From Eledone cirrhosa (Eukaryota), in NCBI GenBank assembly GCA_964016885.1, contig OZ024745.1, positions 131,564,001 to 131,628,000 on the forward strand: a DNA stretch of 64,000 bases, read 5' to 3'. How positions within the stretch are numbered: the first letter of the stretch is position 1; each line of letters begins with the position of its first letter. Shown in pieces: positions 51,596 to 64,000 of this stretch. The notes below the pieces were generated by a model that made no database searches, was not told the origin of the DNA, and worked only from the letters and a program-made list of their open reading frames with translations. The translations under genes and the position numbers were made by a program.

Positions 51596-52535
51596 GGTGG
51601 TAGTAGTCGTGGTAGTGGTGGTGGTGGTAGTAGTAGTGGTGGTGGTGGTAGTAATGTTGGTGGTGGCGGTAGTGTTGGTGGTGGTGGTGGTAGTGGGAGT
51701 AGAAGTGGTGGTGGTAGTAGTGGTGGTGGTAGTGGTTATAGTAGTAGTGGTGGTAGTAGTGTTGGTGGTGGTAGTATTGGTGGTGGTAGTAGTGTTGGTG
51801 GTGGTGGTGGTAGTGGTAGAAGTGGTGGTGGTAGTAGTGGTGGTGGTAGTGGTAGTAGTTGTAGTAGTGGTGGTGGTAGTAGTGTTGGTGGTGGTAGTAG
51901 TGGTGGTAGTAGTGTTGGTGGTGGTGATGGTAGTAGTGGTGGTGGTGGTAGTAGTGTTGGTGGTGGTGGTAGTAGTGTTGGTGGTGGTGGTAGTAGTGTT
52001 GGTGGTGGTGGTAGTAGTGATGGTAGTAGTAGTAGTGGTGGTGGTAGTAGTGTTGTTGGTGGTAGTAGTGGTAGTAGTGTTGTTGGTGGTAGTGGTAGTA
52101 GTAGTGGTGGTGGTAGTAGTGTTGGTGGTGGTGGTGGTAGTGGTAATGGTATTAGTGTTGGTGGTGGTGGCGGTAGCGATCGTAGTGTTGGTAGTAGTGG
52201 TAGTAGTGGTGGTGGTAGTGGTAGTAGTGTTGGTGGTGGTGGTGGTAGTAGTGTTGGTAGTGGTGGTAGTGGTGGTGGTAGTGGTAGTAGTGTTGGTGGT
52301 GGTGGTGGTGGTGGTAGTAGTGGTGGTGGTGGTAGTAGTGGTGGTAGTAATAGTGGTGGTGGTGGTATCAGTAGTGGTGGTGGCAGTGTGGTTGTACCAA
52401 TAGTAATAGTTGTAGCAGTAGTGGTAGTAGTAGTAGCAGTACTGGTAGCAGTAGTAGTAGCAGCAGTGGTAGTAGTAGTAGTAGCAGTAGTAGCAGCAGT
52501 AGTGGTGGTACTAGTAGTAACAGTAGTGGTAGTAA
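51596..52535. repeat. (GGT/AGT/AGC)n trinucleotide low-complexity tract
   Basis: Direct inspection. Confidence 0.95.
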
Positions 52536-52617
52536 ATCTTTTTCAGCATGGTTTGGAATGATGATTTTGATAAAGAGGTGAATTTCAAAATTAACAAATT
52601 ACCACTTGTTTAGGAAC

Positions 52618-52648
<31 letters not shown>

Positions 52649-53157
52649 AAAAAAAAAAAAAAACAAACAAAACAAAACAAACAAACAAACAAACAAAACA
52701 AAACAAAAACAAAAAAACAACAAAACCAAAAAAAACAACAACCCCACCCCCACCAAAAAAAAAAAAAAATTCAAATAGGAGAAACTTTATATTGCTTCTG
52801 GTTATGTACTTCAAGAACAAGTTCTCTTAATTGCATACTATAAGACAAAGTTACCTGAAATCATATGTATACAATATTACATGTCTGAAACAGGAAATTC
52901 TTCCCCTACAGGTATATGAACTTAAGAAACTTCACACTTTACCAATAAATATAATTTTTGTCAAGACACATCACCATTATTCTCTCATTCAACTCTATTT
53001 TTTTTACTTGTGTCTTGGAAATGATTATCATATATTTTATATTTTCACTTAGTTTCATACACACGCACACAATATATATCTATCTATATATATATAATAT
53101 AAATATCTATCTATATAATATATCTATCTATCTATCTATTATATCTATCTATCTATC

Positions 53158-53189
<32 letters not shown>

Positions 53190-53193
<4 letters not shown>

Positions 53194-53500
53194 TCATCAT
53201 CATTTTACGTTCGCTTTTCCCTGCTTGCAAGGGTGGGATGGGAACTGATTCTGGCTTGATTTCTACAGCTGGATGCATTTCTTAACACCAACCTCATTTA
53301 CAGTGAGTGCTGGGTGCTTTTTTGCCATGGCACCTCCACGTCCATTTGCAGTGGAATGATAGGGACCCCAGTCCTATCATTTCATTTCTACAGCTGAGTA
53401 AACTGGAGCAATGTGAAATAAAGTGTCTTGCTCAAGGACACAACACATCATACGGTCTGAGAATTGAACTCACAGCCTTTCGATTGCAAGCCCAATGCTC
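53190..53500 (-). mobile_element. SINE-type repeat with RTE-like 3' end
   Basis: Homologous to 20815-21080, with a tRNA-like head at ~53455-53500. Confidence 0.7.
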
Positions 53501-53502
53501 CT

Positions 53503-53572
<70 letters not shown>

Positions 53573-53589
53573 ATATAATATATATATAT

Positions 53590-54006
53590 ATAAATTTGAG
53601 TATGTGCTGGTTGTTTACCAACACTTAAGTATGCAGGTGGGACTGTTTGTTCTGGAGTAATTTAAAAACAAGAGGTGTAAGTCAACAGGTTAATATTCAC
53701 TTCGTTTATTCATATTTGCTGTTATATATATTTCAGTGACAACCATTATTCAACAACTATGACCTCATCAGGCAGCTACAACTTGAACAGAAAGAAATAG
53801 AAAAAAGATATGCCACCAGTTCTTTGAGAAAACAACACCACACTTCGGAACTGAGCATATCAACGAAATAACGGAGGTAAACTTTGTTCCATCATTATGT
53901 TTTCCTGTTTTTTTCTGTTCAAGTTCTAACTGCCTGATGAGGTCATAGCTGTTGAATAATGGTTGTCACTGAAATATATATAACAGCAAATATAAATAAA
54001 CGAAGT
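53590..54006. mobile_element. Inverted pseudo-LTR pair with hammerhead motifs (53699-53790 / 53914-54006) plus tail
   Basis: gctgc-CTGATGA-ggtcatag...ttgtcact-GAAA-T-ATAT-A-TA-acagc in both arms (53718-53776 minus; 53929-53987 plus). Confidence 0.7.
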
Positions 54007-54009
54007 TAA

Positions 54010-54545
54010 GGGTAAAAGCAGCGATTCTTTGCTTAAACTTTAATCTGTTATTTTAATAAATATTTGCTCTACGGTTCTTATATATTTGATATATATTTAT
54101 CCTTATCGAGCCCTCTTTGGATTTTAGTCTTCAAATTTATTATTATTACTATATACATATATATATATATATATTTTCTTCTAACTTTAATTTTATACCT
54201 AATTATGTATGGTTGACGATATATTTAATCGATTTCCACATGCTATTGAAATGCTGGGTAAATATTCTATGGCTGTTGACCACGAATAGATGGTTATCGT
54301 TTATTTATCTATTATTTCTTTACAGGTGCCTTTTAATCTTATAGCCTGGTTTAATTGGTTTTCTGTGTGGTTGATTATGCTAATTGGGAGAGGAAATTGA
54401 GTATATATTTTATCAAATGATTCTAAGGACATAATTTATAGTATATTGCTCTGATTATTTAATTTATTAATTCATCATTGAGCCACATCGTGAATGGTTG
54501 CCAAAAACATATCTATAACTTTGTCTAGTTTGTGTATATGTAAAT

Positions 54546-54613
<68 letters not shown>

Positions 54614-54800
54614 TAAAATAACAGATTAAAGTTTAAGCAAAGAATCGCTGCTTTCACCCTTAACGGGATCTTCTGAGACTAGAAAAATCAATCTGTGAAT
54701 GCAGAAGTAAATATTTCGAAAAACGTTGCAACCGAAGGAAGATAGGAAGACAATACTTTGGTTTGTGGAGATGTTCCCTGGCAAAGAACGGAAATAAGGC
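54010..54800. mobile_element. Two further pseudo-LTR fragments of the 29837-32500 PLE family (54010-54140 plus; 54608-54795 minus)
   Basis: Share aaagcagcgattctttgcttaaactttaatctgttattttaataaa with 32454-32500. Confidence 0.8.
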
Positions 54801-55440
54801 ATGGATAATTACGTTGTTATGGGAGCATTATGTGTATATATATATATACAGTATATATATATATTTTTTAATTCTACATACACATACAAACACATGGATA
54901 TGTATATATATTTTGTTGTGTAGAGGAGCATGTTGGACGGAGAAGGATGAGGTTAGGTAATGGTAACTAGAGTAAGAGGTGAATGGAAGAGGTTGAGGGA
55001 CCTGAATGGCATGAGAAGGAGGAGGGTCACTGCTGCATGTGTGAGAAGTAACAAGATTTATGAGGGTGAGACATGAGTAAGGAACGTGGGGAAACAGAAG
55101 AAGCTGGAAAAAATGGAAATGAGAATTTAGTGGATGAACAGAGTATGGCCAGAATAGTTAAGAAATTTGCTTCACAAAAATGAGATCTACAATTCATTCT
55201 CACTACATTAGAAAAGCATCTTAAATCCAAGACAGGTGACTGTAGATGTTGTTGGTCTGGCTTGCCAGTCTCAACCTGCCTCCCTAGCTATTGTGCATAT
55301 GTCATATGACAAGAATAAAACTGTACATGTAATTAAAAAGCTCAGCTTTGTCACAAAGTCACACACTAAACTTGCTTAAACATCTTGTTATGGGTACAAA
55401 TGTCGGTGTTATATTCTGTCACACTATAATACAACGATTG

Positions 55441-55710
55441 TGAAGGCGTGTGGGTGACGCATGGTGCCCTTGAGCAAGATACTTTATTTCACGTTACTCC
55501 AGTCCACTCAGCTGACAAAAATGAGTTGTACCTGTAGTTTGAATGGCCAGCCTTGTCACATTCTGTGTCACACTGTATCCCCCTGAAAACCATGTTACGG
55601 GTACGTGTGTCTGTGGAATGCTCAGTCACTTGCACGTTAGTTTCTCAAGCAGTCTGTTCTGTAGATCAGATCAACTGGAACACTCATCGTCACAACTAAT
55701 GGAATGCCTC
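55441..55710 (+). mobile_element. SINE, 5' internally deleted
   Basis: gaaggcgtg head, cccttgagcaagatactttatttcac segment; 3' part homologous (reversed) to 15960-16200. Confidence 0.65.
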
Positions 55711-56546
55711 AGTATTATACCACGACCATACACTCTTTACTGTGCCAATATCTCCCACATGGTTATATTATCTTATTATCTCTCATGGTTAACAAAAAAA
55801 AAAAAAATAGAACCCCTTCCCCTGAAAAAAGCAAACAAACATAAAAACAGAATACTAGCAAGGAATAACTGTAGTATATAGAATAGCTGGCACTGTAAAA
55901 TGAGAAAGCTGCCTGCACAGTGTATTATCCCAAGACTTGAATTTCTCTTCAAATGCTGCTGTTTAAATCAAAATATTAGGCTATTTACATTCATCACATT
56001 TTCTTAATCTGTTCCAAGCTACAGACTTAAACATATTGGTGTCAAAGGGCTTACCATAAAAAAAACATCCATGCACTAACTTCATTCTTGTAGTTAATCC
56101 ATTTAGCAAAAAAGAAATACTAACCCTTGAAAAACAAATAAACATAATAACCACCTTCCAAAATACAGCCTTTAAATCAATAAATGTGAGATGATGTTGC
56201 TGATGATGATGATTGTAATGATGATGCCAGCATCTCCTCAATCAGCATCATAAGAACAATAGATGACTAAGATATATGGTAAAGGAGAATTCAGCTCACC
56301 TGTTCGGAGATAAAGATATATGGTACAACAGAAGGGTAGTAATTTTGAAACTGTCTTTGTTTCATAGAGTTATTTCAGTCAGGAACAACCCTTGACTTCA
56401 TATAGTCCAAACTTAAAGCATTAAAACTTAACTATTGGCTACAAGACGTTGATTAATGGAACAGGCTATGCAATACAATAGGAAACAAAAGAATGGTGTT
56501 TCTTAGAGCCAAAGATTATAAGAATACACACAAATATATATATATT

Positions 56547-56722
56547 TGGCGGCAGTATCGGTAGAGCGTCAGACACCATGTTTTGCAGCATAGTTATGGC
56601 CCTTTGCGTTCTGAGTTCAAATCCGCCGATTTTAACTTTGCCTTTCATCCTTACGAGGTCGATAAAATAAAGTACCAGTAGTGAACTGGGGTAATCGCTG
56701 GCCTTGTGCCAAAAGTAGAAAC
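56547..56722 (+). mobile_element. tRNA-derived SINE
   Basis: ggcagtatcggtagagcg ... gagttcaaatcc. Confidence 0.75.
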
Positions 56723-57479
56723 TATATATATTTATTAGATATTAGTTTAACAATAATAATAACAACAAAGGTAAGTTATTTTACCTATTCATTTCATTGT
56801 TTTACGATCGTTTCGGATGGTTGATCATATTGATATATTGACTGATCTATAGCAGAGAACTGTATACTATCAGACATAATATATAGGTTCAATTATACCA
56901 TCTTAGGTCCAGTTTCCTGAATGGACTCAACTCTCCTCCCCAATTTCTTTAATATTACACACATACATTTGTGCTTCTCCACCTTTTGCCCATCCATTGT
57001 CACACGTGCGTACATTCACCCCTAGATTCCTATGGCTCTCTTATGGTCAGAAACATATATTCTCAGCTACTACATTTGTTGACAATAAAAGGTCAGCTGG
57101 AGAACCAGGGGTGGATAATGTTCGGAAGTTCATCTGAAGAGGCTGGATTGTAACTATGGACCCAACAAACTGCAGAGTTGTCAAACCTATTGAAACATTT
57201 GTAATGGAAAATTTCTGAATAAATTGTTGTAAAAACCCATTTTTCAGTCTTATTCTTCACTATATATATATATATATAAATTGGTTGTGTAAAAGACATG
57301 GCATACACTGTAAATATGGCTGGCATTAGGAAGGGCATCCAGCCATAGAAAACCAGCTAGAAACAGTCCTATATGAGCGAGACATGGGCACCTGACCCAA
57401 CTTGCCTCTAAATGGGTCAAACCTGTCTAACCCATGCTAGCGTGGAAGATAGACGCTAAAACGATGATGATGATATGTC

Positions 57480-57900
57480 AAATTCCGGGAAGGTTCGGAA
57501 GACACAGTAGACAGCTTCTGCTACCTGGGTGACCAAATTAGCAGTGGAAGTGGGCATTTTGAAAGTACAGTAGCCAGAGTAAGAATGGGATGGAGGAAGT
57601 TTAGGGAGCTACTACAACTGCTAGCTACAAAAAAGCTTTTCCCTCAAAATTAAAGGCAGACAGTATGATGTATGCATATGAACTGCAATGTTGCATGCTA
57701 GTGAGTCCTGGGTGCAGCGTAGATTGGAAAGAAATGAAGCTTGCACACTCCGATGGATGTGTAATAGTAATATAGTAATAATGGCAAAGTATAAACAAAC
57801 TGAGAGAGAAACTAGGAATCAGATGCAGTGTGTAAGAGAGGAGATTACGCTGGTATGGACATGTGATGGGTATGGAGGATGACAGCTGTAGAAAAAGGTA
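57480..57900 (+). mobile_element. Decayed RTE LINE fragment
   Basis: VDSFCYLGDQIS, MLHASESW, RLERNEACTLRWMC. Confidence 0.8.
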
Positions 57901-57940
57901 CATATCTATCTATCTATCTCTTATATATATATATATATAT

Positions 57941-58179
57941 GACAAGTAAGTATGCTTTGAAACAGTGAGCAGGTTTGAAATTAGAAAATAGAATAGCTTT
58001 CACTGTATTTTTGACTAAAGAAATTTTAGTCTAAAAATGGGGTTTAGAACCCTCAGATAAATGGAAAAAGATGAGTATTGACGTACATGTACGTCAATAC
58101 TCATCTTTTTCCATTTATCTGAGGGCTCTAAACCCCATTTTTAGACTAAAATTTCTTTAGTCAAAAATACAGTGAAAGC

Positions 58180-58183
<4 letters not shown>
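57941..58183. repeat. 192-bp spacerless palindrome (57992-58183) with tail, in (TA)n
   Basis: Centre gacgtaca|tgtacgtc at 58087/58088; one arm mismatch seen; hammerhead-like CTGAGGG...GAAAGCTA. Confidence 0.85.
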
Positions 58184-58257
<74 letters not shown>

Positions 58258-58635
58258 TCAAATATATATATATTTTCCAAGAGATGGCAACATGAATGGA
58301 CCAGTTATTTTTCTCTAAAAACATTTTTTCCAATTCCTCCCTGCCCATCCATTCAATCTTTCTGATTTGTCACTCTTCTTGCTATTTCAAGCATTATACT
58401 AATATATTCCTACCATATACTGTACCGATTGTATTGTTATTTCTGTTCCCCATTTATATATATATGTATATATATCTACACATACACATACATACATGAA
58501 GATGATGACCAATTTTATTCCAGCTTCTCCATACTTCCATACACTGGCTGGGATGTTTTCAGTAGTGTCACCTTACATTTATAGTGTTCTCTCCTCATTA
58601 TCACCATATATATACATATACACATACACACATAC

Positions 58636-58704
<69 letters not shown>

Positions 58705-58816
58705 ATATGAGTTTTTCTTTTATGAAACATGCATTAACACAAGTGTATATATTTATGTTGCAAATTGATATTTATTATACAGATACAAAAATCATACATA
58801 CATATGCATATATATA

Positions 58817-58870
<54 letters not shown>

Positions 58871-59003
58871 CATATATATGATGTTTATATATATATATAT
58901 ATATTTACATATATATATGTGTATTTATATATATATATATATTTACATATATATATATATGTGTATTTATATATATATATATATATTTACATATATATAT
59001 GTG

Positions 59004-59070
<67 letters not shown>

Positions 59071-59822
59071 ACACATACTTTATAATGCATGAATACATAC
59101 ATATTTACATCTACAAATACAAAGGTACACAACATACACACATCAGAAACAAAGAAATGAAAAACAAAAATAGAATGTTATTTATTTGTTTTGTTCATTT
59201 GTTGTTTAGATGGGATTGTGTTGAAAGTTGCTAGGTTACATAAGATTTGGCTGGCGAGAGCTTGAAAATAATGGTGCAAGGTATTGCTGGAAAAAATAGA
59301 AAAGAATAGACTAAGGAATGAAGGCTATTGTTCAGAAAAAAGGCACATACATCACTGTGTGTGGAATGACTGTATGAGAGATGACCATTGTGAATATCAC
59401 AACAGTTCTTCACAAGCAGATCTTTTTTATTCCACCTTTTCTTTTTCTTCAACAACAATGATAATGTTAATAATAACAACAACAATAATAATACTGATAA
59501 TAATAATAATGATGATGATGATAACAATAGATAACAATGACAAAAAATAATAATGATAATAATATCAACAAAATAATAACAACACTAATGATAATAATAA
59601 AAAAAAAATAATGATGATAATAACAACAACAATAACAACAACAATGATAATAATATTAACAAACTAATAATAATATCTATATTTGTATTATTACCATACG
59701 GAATTGTATGTAAATCTTTTCTTATTATCTCTGACAAAATGGCAAACAAAGAATCTATTGGTATCCTAAAGCTGGAAGTTGTACTTTCTAAATAGGTGGC
59801 AGAATAAAGAGAGGATTTCTAA

Positions 59823-60207
<385 letters not shown>

Positions 60208-60345
60208 GTATAGAACTTTTCAACAGTCTGCAAATGCAGTGAAAAGTATTACTGTATAAACACTCCAGTAATGAACTAATAGTACTGATATTTGACTGAC
60301 TCTGGTTTATTGGAACTAGTACACAATGGGATGTATTTTATACCA

Positions 60346-60424
60346 TAGTTTACTGTAGTTTACTGTAGTTTACTGTAGTTTACTGTAGTTTACTGTAGTT
60401 TACTGTAGTTTACTGTAGTTTACT
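60346..60424. repeat. 10-bp tandem repeat (tagtttactg) x~8
   Basis: Direct inspection. Confidence 0.95.
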
Positions 60425-62445
60425 AGCTCACATAGTCTTCTCTATAAACATTCTACCTCACTTTATATTCCATATTTTAACTCCATTGCAGTATATATTC
60501 AGTTCAAATACTGATGTCGCCAACTTTAACTTTCCTCCTTCCAGTATTGGCATTGACTGTTCTCTACCACCCAAACTTTCTGGCCTTGTACAGCATCGGT
60601 TAAATGCCTTGTGGTATTTATTCCAGCTCTTTACATTCTGAGGAGTTCAAATCCCACCAAGGTCAACTTTGCCTCTCCTCCTTTTGAGCTGATAAAATAA
60701 ATGACCAGTAATGTATTGGCTCACCCCACAAATTGCTAGCCTTGTGACTAAATTAGAAAATAATATGATTATGAGAGGTGAATGGCTGAATTGTTTATTG
60801 CTTAACCTTAAGTCAACCCTCATTATGCAATCATATGCTAAAGCATGGTACACAATACCAAGTCATGCTCAATTGTGAGTGATGGCTGTAGTTTAGTAAT
60901 GAGATATAAATGTGGTGAAATGTGCCGAGCCATTAGAACATGGAATAAAATCACCATCCACATCACCATCCACATCACCATTTAACATCTATTTTCCATG
61001 GTTAGATGGGTTATCATGTTATGAGGTTAGTCAGGTCAGGTGACCTTGTCTTGCTCATATAGATATGTCTTTGGCTTGGTTTTTCCACAGGTGGATGTCC
61101 CTCCTAATGCCAATCATGTTAGAGTATGTACTGAGAGTCTTTTTCATGGCACCACCTCTAATACTCTACAGGGTAGACTGTGTGGTATTCTTCATGGCAC
61201 GAGAATAACCACTTGTTAAGATGGATCGGGTGCATTTTTGTCGTGGTACTGGCACAACCATCTTACAAGGTGGACTGGGTGCTTTTTGTCGTGGCACTAA
61301 TATGACCACTTTATAGAGTGCTTGGGCACTTGTGATATTTATTCCAGCTCTCTGTTCAAATCCCACAATGGTCAACTTTGTCTTTCATCCTTCCAAGGTT
61401 GATAAATTACAAGTTCAAGGCCATTGTTAGATCATTGGACAAAATGCCTTGCAATAAGTGGTCTGGTGCTTTGAAACTTGAGCTTCCATTCCACTTCTGA
61501 CTACTGGTAAAAAAATGGGGCTTTTGTGACCCAGTTAACAGTGATATATCTCCATGACCCAGTTAACAGTGATGCATCTCCAATATTAGATAAAGTGACA
61601 AGTGAGGCAGCACCTGAGCATCATCAATATACATGATGAGCAGATCTTGTACTTAAGTAGGATAAATACTAGGACAGAAGGAGAAATATATGATATGAGT
61701 GACAAAAGGTAAAATTAACCCTTCACATCCTGACTGGGTTAATTATACCTTTTAATTCTCCTAGATTCATAAAATTTAATCAAATGCACCTCAACCCCTT
61801 AAAATTTGGCCTTGTTTGTGTCAACTTTTAAATACTTGTGGTACTTAATTTCATCTCTATGTTTTGAGTTCAAATGCCATTGACATTGATTTTGCCCTTC
61901 ATACTTTCAGAGTCAATAAAATAAGTCTCTCTAAAAAGTCTAAAGTCTGTTTTAAGCCCGGAGGTTCATCAGGCTGGTGCTTATCCTAATTTCCATGGCA
62001 TGAAGTGAGTGAAAGTACAAGACTTCTCCTGGACAAGATGCCAGTCCATTGTAGGGTTAAACACCCAGCTATTGCTGTTGCTCAATTTTTTTTTTCAGCT
62101 GAGTATACTGGAGCAGCATGAAATGAAGTGTTTTGCTCAAGAACACAACACACAACCCAGCCCAGGAATAAAATAAGTACTTGTCAAGTATTGAGGGACT
62201 GATCTAACTGACAATATTCTTTCTCAAAATTTGCTGCATAGTACAGACATTAGAAACTATTGAAAGGAGAAGCAAGTATTCCTCTGTCCAGTAGCTATGG
62301 CAAAAGAAGCTGTATATTGGACGCATCTAAAAGGTTTGAGGGCAGTAATCTCTCTTTCCAGTTAAGCCCTCATCAACTTATTCAAGCATCACTGGAGGGG
62401 GAAGGTAAGGGTATTCAGGGAGGTGCTGTCTTCTAGTGCTTATTA

Positions 62446-63762
62446 TTGGCAGTATGAGTAGAGGTCGGACGCCATGCTTCGACGCATATAGTTACGGCCC
62501 TTGTCATTCTGAGTCCAAATCCCGCTGAGGTTAACTTTGCCTTTCATCTTTACGGGGGTTGATAAAATAAAGTACCAGTAATGCACTGGGTATTTGCTGG
62601 CCTTGTGCCAAAAGAAGAAACAATTATTATTATTATATAGTGCGGTGGATTGGCAGTATCGGTAGAGTGATAGACATGCTTTGCAGCATAAAGTTACGGC
62701 CCTTTACGTTCTGAGTCCAAATCTCATTGAGGTTAACTTTGCCTTTCATCCTTATGAGGTCAATAAAATAAAGTACCAGTAATGTACTGGGATTGATTTA
62801 ATTGACTTTCCCTTCCTCCAAATTGCTGGCCTTGTTCTTAAATCAGAAATCATCATTAGGGCAGTGGTTCACGACATAGTGTTGTGGCCCTTTACGCTCT
62901 GAGTTCAAATCCTGCCAAGGTTAGCTTTGACTTTTATCCTTACAGGGTTGATAAATTAAAGTACTAGTCATGCACTGGGGTCAATTTAATCAATTTTCCC
63001 CTCCCCTTTAAATTGTTGGCCTTGTGCTTAAATCAGAAAACATTATTATTATTGTAGTAAGGGCGGTGAACTGGCAGTATCGGTAGAGGGTTGGACGCCA
63101 TGCTTTCTAGCATGGTTACGTCCCTTTACAGTCTGAGTTCAAATCCCGCCGAGGTTAACTTTGCCTTTCATCCTTACGGGATCGATAAAATAAAGTACCA
63201 GTAATGTACTGGGTAATTGCTGGCCTTCTGCCTAAAGTAGAAACAATTATTATTATTGTAGTAGTGTTTAACAAAATGTGTAGACTTCCAGGCACAATTA
63301 TCTTGCTATATTTATTTATGCCCTTTCATGTAATATATTCAAATAAAACCATGATCAACTTTACACTTCTCAACTCTCCAGTATTGGAGGCAATTTAATC
63401 AATTGTTCCTCTCTGGAAAAGTCTGTGGCCTTATGTCAAGGTCATGTAGCAGCAGAATCAATTCCATCAACTTTATTCTTTCCTCAATAAACTCCTTGCT
63501 TTGAAATCAGCATTTTCTCTTATTATTCTTCATTATAATCCAATATTAACATATTAGTCCACATTAATCTTCCGACGCGGTGGATTGGCAGTGTCTGTAG
63601 AAGGTCGGACGCCATGCTTTGATGCATAGAGTTACGGCCCTTGCCATTCTGTGTTCAAATCCCGCTGAAGTTAACTTTGCCTTTCATCCTTACGGGGTCA
63701 ATAAAATAAAGTACCAGTAATGCACTGGGTAATTGCTGGCCTTGTGCCAAAAGTAGAAACAA
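62446..63762 (+). mobile_element. Cluster of five co-oriented tRNA-derived SINEs
   Basis: Copies at ~62446-62622, 62641-62850, 62860-63040, 63060-63245, 63576-63762; each with gagt(t/c)caaatc-like B box and ...gttaactttgcctttcatcc...ataaaataaagtaccagta. Confidence 0.85.
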
Positions 63763-63904
63763 TTAATCTTCCTTGGTGCACCATATCATTCTGCAATATT
63801 TTGGTGCACCATAGAGTGTTAAACATGAAATACTTTGCAGTATTTCTTATATTCATCATCATCATCATCACCATCAACATCTAGTATCCACGTTTTAATG
63901 GGTT

Positions 63905-64000
63905 AGATGAGCTGTCCCATTGTGAAACGAGCTGTTCCATTTTGAGACAAGCTGCCCCATTTTGAGATAAGCTGTCCCATTGTGAGACGAGCTGTCCCAT
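63905..64000. repeat. Start of a ~20-bp tandem repeat (gagctgtcccattgtgagac)
   Basis: About 5 units to the window end. Confidence 0.8.

Noticed and set aside
51557-52561. 334-aa Gly/Ser-rich ORF and poly-Val ORF
   Set aside because: Pure trinucleotide low-complexity tract continuous with a satellite; no splice or domain evidence

Overview
AT-rich, microsatellite-dense animal genomic DNA. The SINE/LINE/MITE repertoire looks like a coleoid cephalopod (octopus), which is an inference. Only one host coding exon is recognisable: an internal exon of mannosyl-oligosaccharide glucosidase (MOGS, GH63) on the minus strand at 1978-2239. The rest is probably intronic or intergenic and holds RTE-type LINE fragments, tRNA-derived SINEs, TTAA and TA MITEs, a non-autonomous Helitron, several large minisatellites and a 5'-truncated Penelope-like element (RT plus GIY-YIG). 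The most striking signal is at least 11 inverted-repeat or palindromic insertions, nearly all anchored in (TA)n tracts and belonging to several unrelated sequence families. Many carry type I hammerhead ribozyme motifs in both arms. They share an asymmetric design: one arm stops at (TA)n, the other continues into a tail with a covarying bulged hairpin (RCTC-stem-loop-stem-NN-GAGYRCT) lying just past the point where the short arm ends. Almost all ORFs in the supplied track are microsatellite or minisatellite artefacts. All analysis was by eye, so coordinates of degenerate repeats are approximate.
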